Of a stretch of DNA of 37,041 nt, positions 34,939 through 37,041 are shown piece by piece. This DNA is from a virus. The DNA is taken from the IMG/VR virus record IMGVR_UViG_3300045988_137870. One strand, written 5' to 3'. The notes under the pieces are model-generated. The model was not told the origin of the DNA and ran no database searches. It saw nothing but the letters and a program-made list of their open reading frames with translations. A program made the translations under genes and the position numbers. The first letter of the stretch is position 1. The number at the start of each line of letters is the position of its first letter.

Positions 34939-35721
34939 TTAAAATATTTGATTCCCATCAAAATACAGACGAGTCATTTTGCCACCGTTTTTGAAATCGT
35001 ATTCTGCTTCGAAAGTACTACGAATCATAGCACCAAAGCTATTTTGTGCATCGACATACCCAGCTATATTACCGATGCCATGCATTTTCCTGAATTTATA
35101 ATCATTATAGCCTGGAAATTTTGCAGTAGAAGGAGCTTTAAGTAATTTTGAGACAGCTTTTTCAGTAACTCTTTGCATGTGAGTTTCTTCTTCAACTGTT
35201 AAGCTATTATCGGGAAGAGTTTCAAGAAATTGCCCGTCCTTATATAAATTTATAGTGTTATATCTTATTGATTCTACTTTATTATCAGGAGTCATATAAA
35301 GAATAACGTTTCCAAAGCCATTCCCTTTTAGTCTATATCCTTTGATATCTGGAGTGTCCCCTAAGTTTTCATCGTATGTAATATTTTCAACTTTATTAAT
35401 CTTTACGGTTTCAAATGCGCTCTCTACAGCAGCTAATTCTTCCTGAGTCTTTAAACCTAACGATTTAACAAAAATATTTTCGGAAAAAGCTTTTTCTTTA
35501 TTCTTATTTTCTGCTTCTATTCGTTGTGCTTCTTTAATTTCTGGCGGAAGAAGAACATTGTATAGATTCATGCTGACAATAAAAATCAGTAACCAAATTA
35601 TGACGATTTTCCAACGTTTCATGTTTGGGGCTTTACCGAAAGTTCCCCATTTTGGTTTTATTAATCCAACAATTAACATGATAAATGCGAACATCATAAC
35701 GGCGGAAAATAACTGATACAT
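34939..35721 (-). CDS. Hypothetical membrane protein: two N-terminal TM helices plus extracytoplasmic domain
   Basis: The start MYQLFSAV (ATG 35721) follows a GAGGGG SD, 28 nt after the repressor stop. The C-terminal segment ...PSTAKFPG...GYVDAQNSFGAMIRSTF... is common in small surface proteins. Confidence 0.65.
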   Translation of the reverse strand: MYQLFSAVMMFAFIMLIVGLIKPKWGTFGKAPNMKRWKIVIIWLLIFIVSMNLYNVLLPPEIKEAQRIEAENKNKEKAFSENIFVKSLGLKTQEELAAVESAFETVKINKVENITYDENLGDTPDIKGYRLKGNGFGNVILYMTPDNKVESIRYNTINLYKDGQFLETLPDNSLTVEEETHMQRVTEKAVSKLLKAPSTAKFPGYNDYKFRKMHGIGNIAGYVDAQNSFGAMIRSTFEAEYDFKNGGKMTRLYFDGNQIF

Positions 35722-35749
35722 CTGCTTTACCCCTCTCTCTTGATAAAAA

Positions 35750-36424
35750 TTACAATTTCCCTCTGATTTCAACGACTTTCCCAAGAATAGTCACCGGAAG
35801 TTCCTTACATTCTTTTTTATTGTATGTTCTTGGTGTGTAAACGGACGGATTCCAGCCTATTAAGGTCAGTCCGGCATCTGATTTACTGATCTGCTTTACT
35901 GTGGCGTCGTTTCCGTTAACTAAGACAACAGCTATGTCGCCGCTGTCCACATCTGGCTGACGCCGAACAATGACCACATCTCCGTCCATCATGCGGGGTT
36001 CCATGGATTTACCCGCTATTTTTAGCGCAAAGTATTCGCCTGTCTTGGCCATGCTTTGCGGGATTTCTTCCCAATCTTCAATATCCGTGATAGCCTCGAT
36101 AGGAATGCCTGCAGCCACTTTACCGAGAACGGGAATGCGGATCCCTTTAGCGGGAGAAGATGGTTTGTCTGTCTTATCAGGTAGAAGAGTTACTAATTGA
36201 TTACCATCTAATTCTTTTAAAAATACATCCAAATCTAAACCGACGGCTTGTGCAATTTTGTCAAATGCTTGAATCGTTGGGGAAATAGGCTTACCTGTTG
36301 ACGGGTTAATTCCTTTTTCCAATTGACCTATATACGCTTTACTAAATCCACACATATCGGCCATTTCCTGCATGGAAAGCGAGTGCTTATCACGATAATT
36401 TTTAATCCATTCGCCTAATGTCAT
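35750..36424 (-). CDS. CI-like repressor: XRE-family HTH plus S24 (LexA-like) autopeptidase domain
   Basis: The HTH is LSMQEMADMCGFSKAYIGQLEKG. The S24 motifs are AGKSMEP...DGDVVIV...VKQI. The start at 36424 follows an AAGGGGTGA SD. Confidence 0.85.
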   Translation of the reverse strand: MTLGEWIKNYRDKHSLSMQEMADMCGFSKAYIGQLEKGINPSTGKPISPTIQAFDKIAQAVGLDLDVFLKELDGNQLVTLLPDKTDKPSSPAKGIRIPVLGKVAAGIPIEAITDIEDWEEIPQSMAKTGEYFALKIAGKSMEPRMMDGDVVIVRRQPDVDSGDIAVVLVNGNDATVKQISKSDAGLTLIGWNPSVYTPRTYNKKECKELPVTILGKVVEIRGKL

Positions 36425-36457
36425 ATTTATCACCCCTTTATCCATATCGTCAAATAT

Positions 36458-36521
36458 ATTTTACATTAGTGAAAAAATCTTGTCAAACATACTTGACAAG
36501 AAACGAAATGAACAGTATACT
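36458..36521. promoter_or_regulatory. Divergent back-to-back promoters with palindromic operator CTTGTCAA-N6-TTGACAAG (36479-36500)
   Basis: The + strand has TTGACA (36493-98), a 17-nt spacer and TATACT (36516-21). The - strand has TTGACA (36486-81), a 17-nt spacer and TAAAAT (36463-58). Confidence 0.7.
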
Positions 36522-36544
36522 AGACAACAAAAGGAGGTGTAGTA

Positions 36545-36739
36545 ATGAGATATAGATTAAAGGAGCTAAGAGAGCAGCGAAAAATGTCACAAGAAGAATT
36601 AAGTGAAAAAGCAGGAGTATCGCGTCAGATTATTTCTACCCTTGAACAAGAAACGAGTGAAGTAAATACTACGACGGCTACGTTGCAAAAGCTTTCTGTT
36701 GCATTGAATTGCCCTCTTAGTGAAATTTTTTTGCCCTAA
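36545..36739 (+). CDS. Cro-like XRE-family HTH regulator
   Basis: It has an AAGGAGG SD and the HTH MSQEELSEKAGVSRQIISTLEQ. It is divergent from the repressor. Confidence 0.8.
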   Translation: MRYRLKELREQRKMSQEELSEKAGVSRQIISTLEQETSEVNTTTATLQKLSVALNCPLSEIFLP

Positions 36740-36766
36740 TCGTCTAGTATATAAGACGATTAGGGC
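36733..36766. promoter_or_regulatory. Perfect 13-bp inverted repeat GCCCTAATCGTCT-N8-AGACGATTAGGGC overlapping the cro stop
   Basis: It was read directly. There is no clear T-tract on either side. It may be a weak terminator or a distal operator. Confidence 0.45.
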
Positions 36767-36818
36767 TTATCAGAGTAGCTCATAAAACAAGAAAGGAGTG
36801 AGGGAAATAAAAGAGAAA

Positions 36819-36944
36819 ATGGAAGTCCACATAGAGGTGTTTGTCAATACATATGACGATAGCAAAGACATTGTGAAGCTAGCGTCTGACATACAAAAAG
36901 AGCACAGCTGTCACTGCACTCTTTTTGTAAAACAATCCCATTGA
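36819..36944 (+). CDS. Possible 41-aa ORF (MEVHIEVFVNTYDDSKDIVKLASDIQKEHSCHCTLFVKQSH)
   Basis: It fills the gap between cro and the excisionase-like gene. The SD is weak or distant. Confidence 0.25.
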   Translation: MEVHIEVFVNTYDDSKDIVKLASDIQKEHSCHCTLFVKQSH

Positions 36945-36986
36945 ACAACCTTACTGGAACGAAACAAATTCAATGTTTTTGCCCCA

Positions 36987-37041
36987 TACATGAAGCATCC
37001 GTTCACCAACGAAGCAGAAAGAGATTTACAACAACCTACCA
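36987..37041. repeat. 55-bp terminal direct repeat, copy 2 (circular-assembly overlap)
   Basis: Exact match to bases 1-55. ORF 4-384 continues seamlessly across the junction. Confidence 0.95.

Larger units (their letters stand above)
1..36986. mobile_element. Complete circular temperate phage genome (contractile-tail, PBSX/Xkd-like morphogenesis genes)
   Basis: All canonical phage modules are present in order. The 55-bp ends are identical. A tyrosine integrase and a CI/Cro-type switch are present. Confidence 0.85.

Noticed and set aside
1-37041. Search for tRNA, rRNA, tmRNA, CRISPR arrays, transposases/IS elements, reverse transcriptase (DGR/retron)
   Set aside because: No cloverleaf-like sequence appears in any intergenic gap. 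There is no regularly spaced repeat array and no ORF with transposase or RT motifs. The only recombinase is the tyrosine integrase.

Overview
The window is a complete, circularly closed temperate phage genome. It has 36,986 unique bp, and bases 1-55 are repeated exactly at 36987-37041, which looks like an assembler overlap. No rRNA, tRNA or CRISPR array was recognised.

Gene order on the + strand, reading across the circular junction:
- Cro-like HTH (36545)
- excisionase-type HTH and small early ORFs (82-1538)
- recombination and replication module (1541-8772): DUF1351-like protein, Sak4-like ATPase, SSB, SF2 helicase, VRR-NUC nuclease and a prim-pol/SF3 primase-helicase
- iteron-rich non-coding region, putative origin (8773-9123)
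- sigma-region-4-like late regulator
- terS, terL, portal and a MuF/gp7 head protein
- scaffold, major capsid and connectors
- PBSX/Xkd-type contractile tail: sheath, tube, frameshifted chaperone, tape measure, XkdP/Q/R/S/T/U-like baseplate, and fibre
- lysis cassette: XhlA-like protein, holin and amidase

The accessory and lysogeny region (30.4-36.5 kb) holds a moron, attP, and then on the - strand the tyrosine integrase, an Abi_2/HEPN gene, two membrane proteins and a CI-like LexA/S24 repressor.

The most interesting observations are:
1. Two homologous units of promoter, short structured RNA, intrinsic terminator and ORF sit in inverted orientation. One precedes an AbiD/F-type HEPN gene and the other an unrelated membrane protein. 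The layout resembles a type III toxin-antitoxin system.
2. A two-gene membrane module appears to be co-transcribed with the repressor, in the same position as lambda rexAB.
3. The MuF head protein carries a C-terminal toxin-like domain and is followed by a small acidic ORF.
4. Two almost fully overlapping same-strand ORFs with spanin-like topologies follow the endolysin.
5. An intrinsic terminator lies immediately in front of terS.

All functional calls rest on motif recognition by eye and on gene order. No database search was possible.
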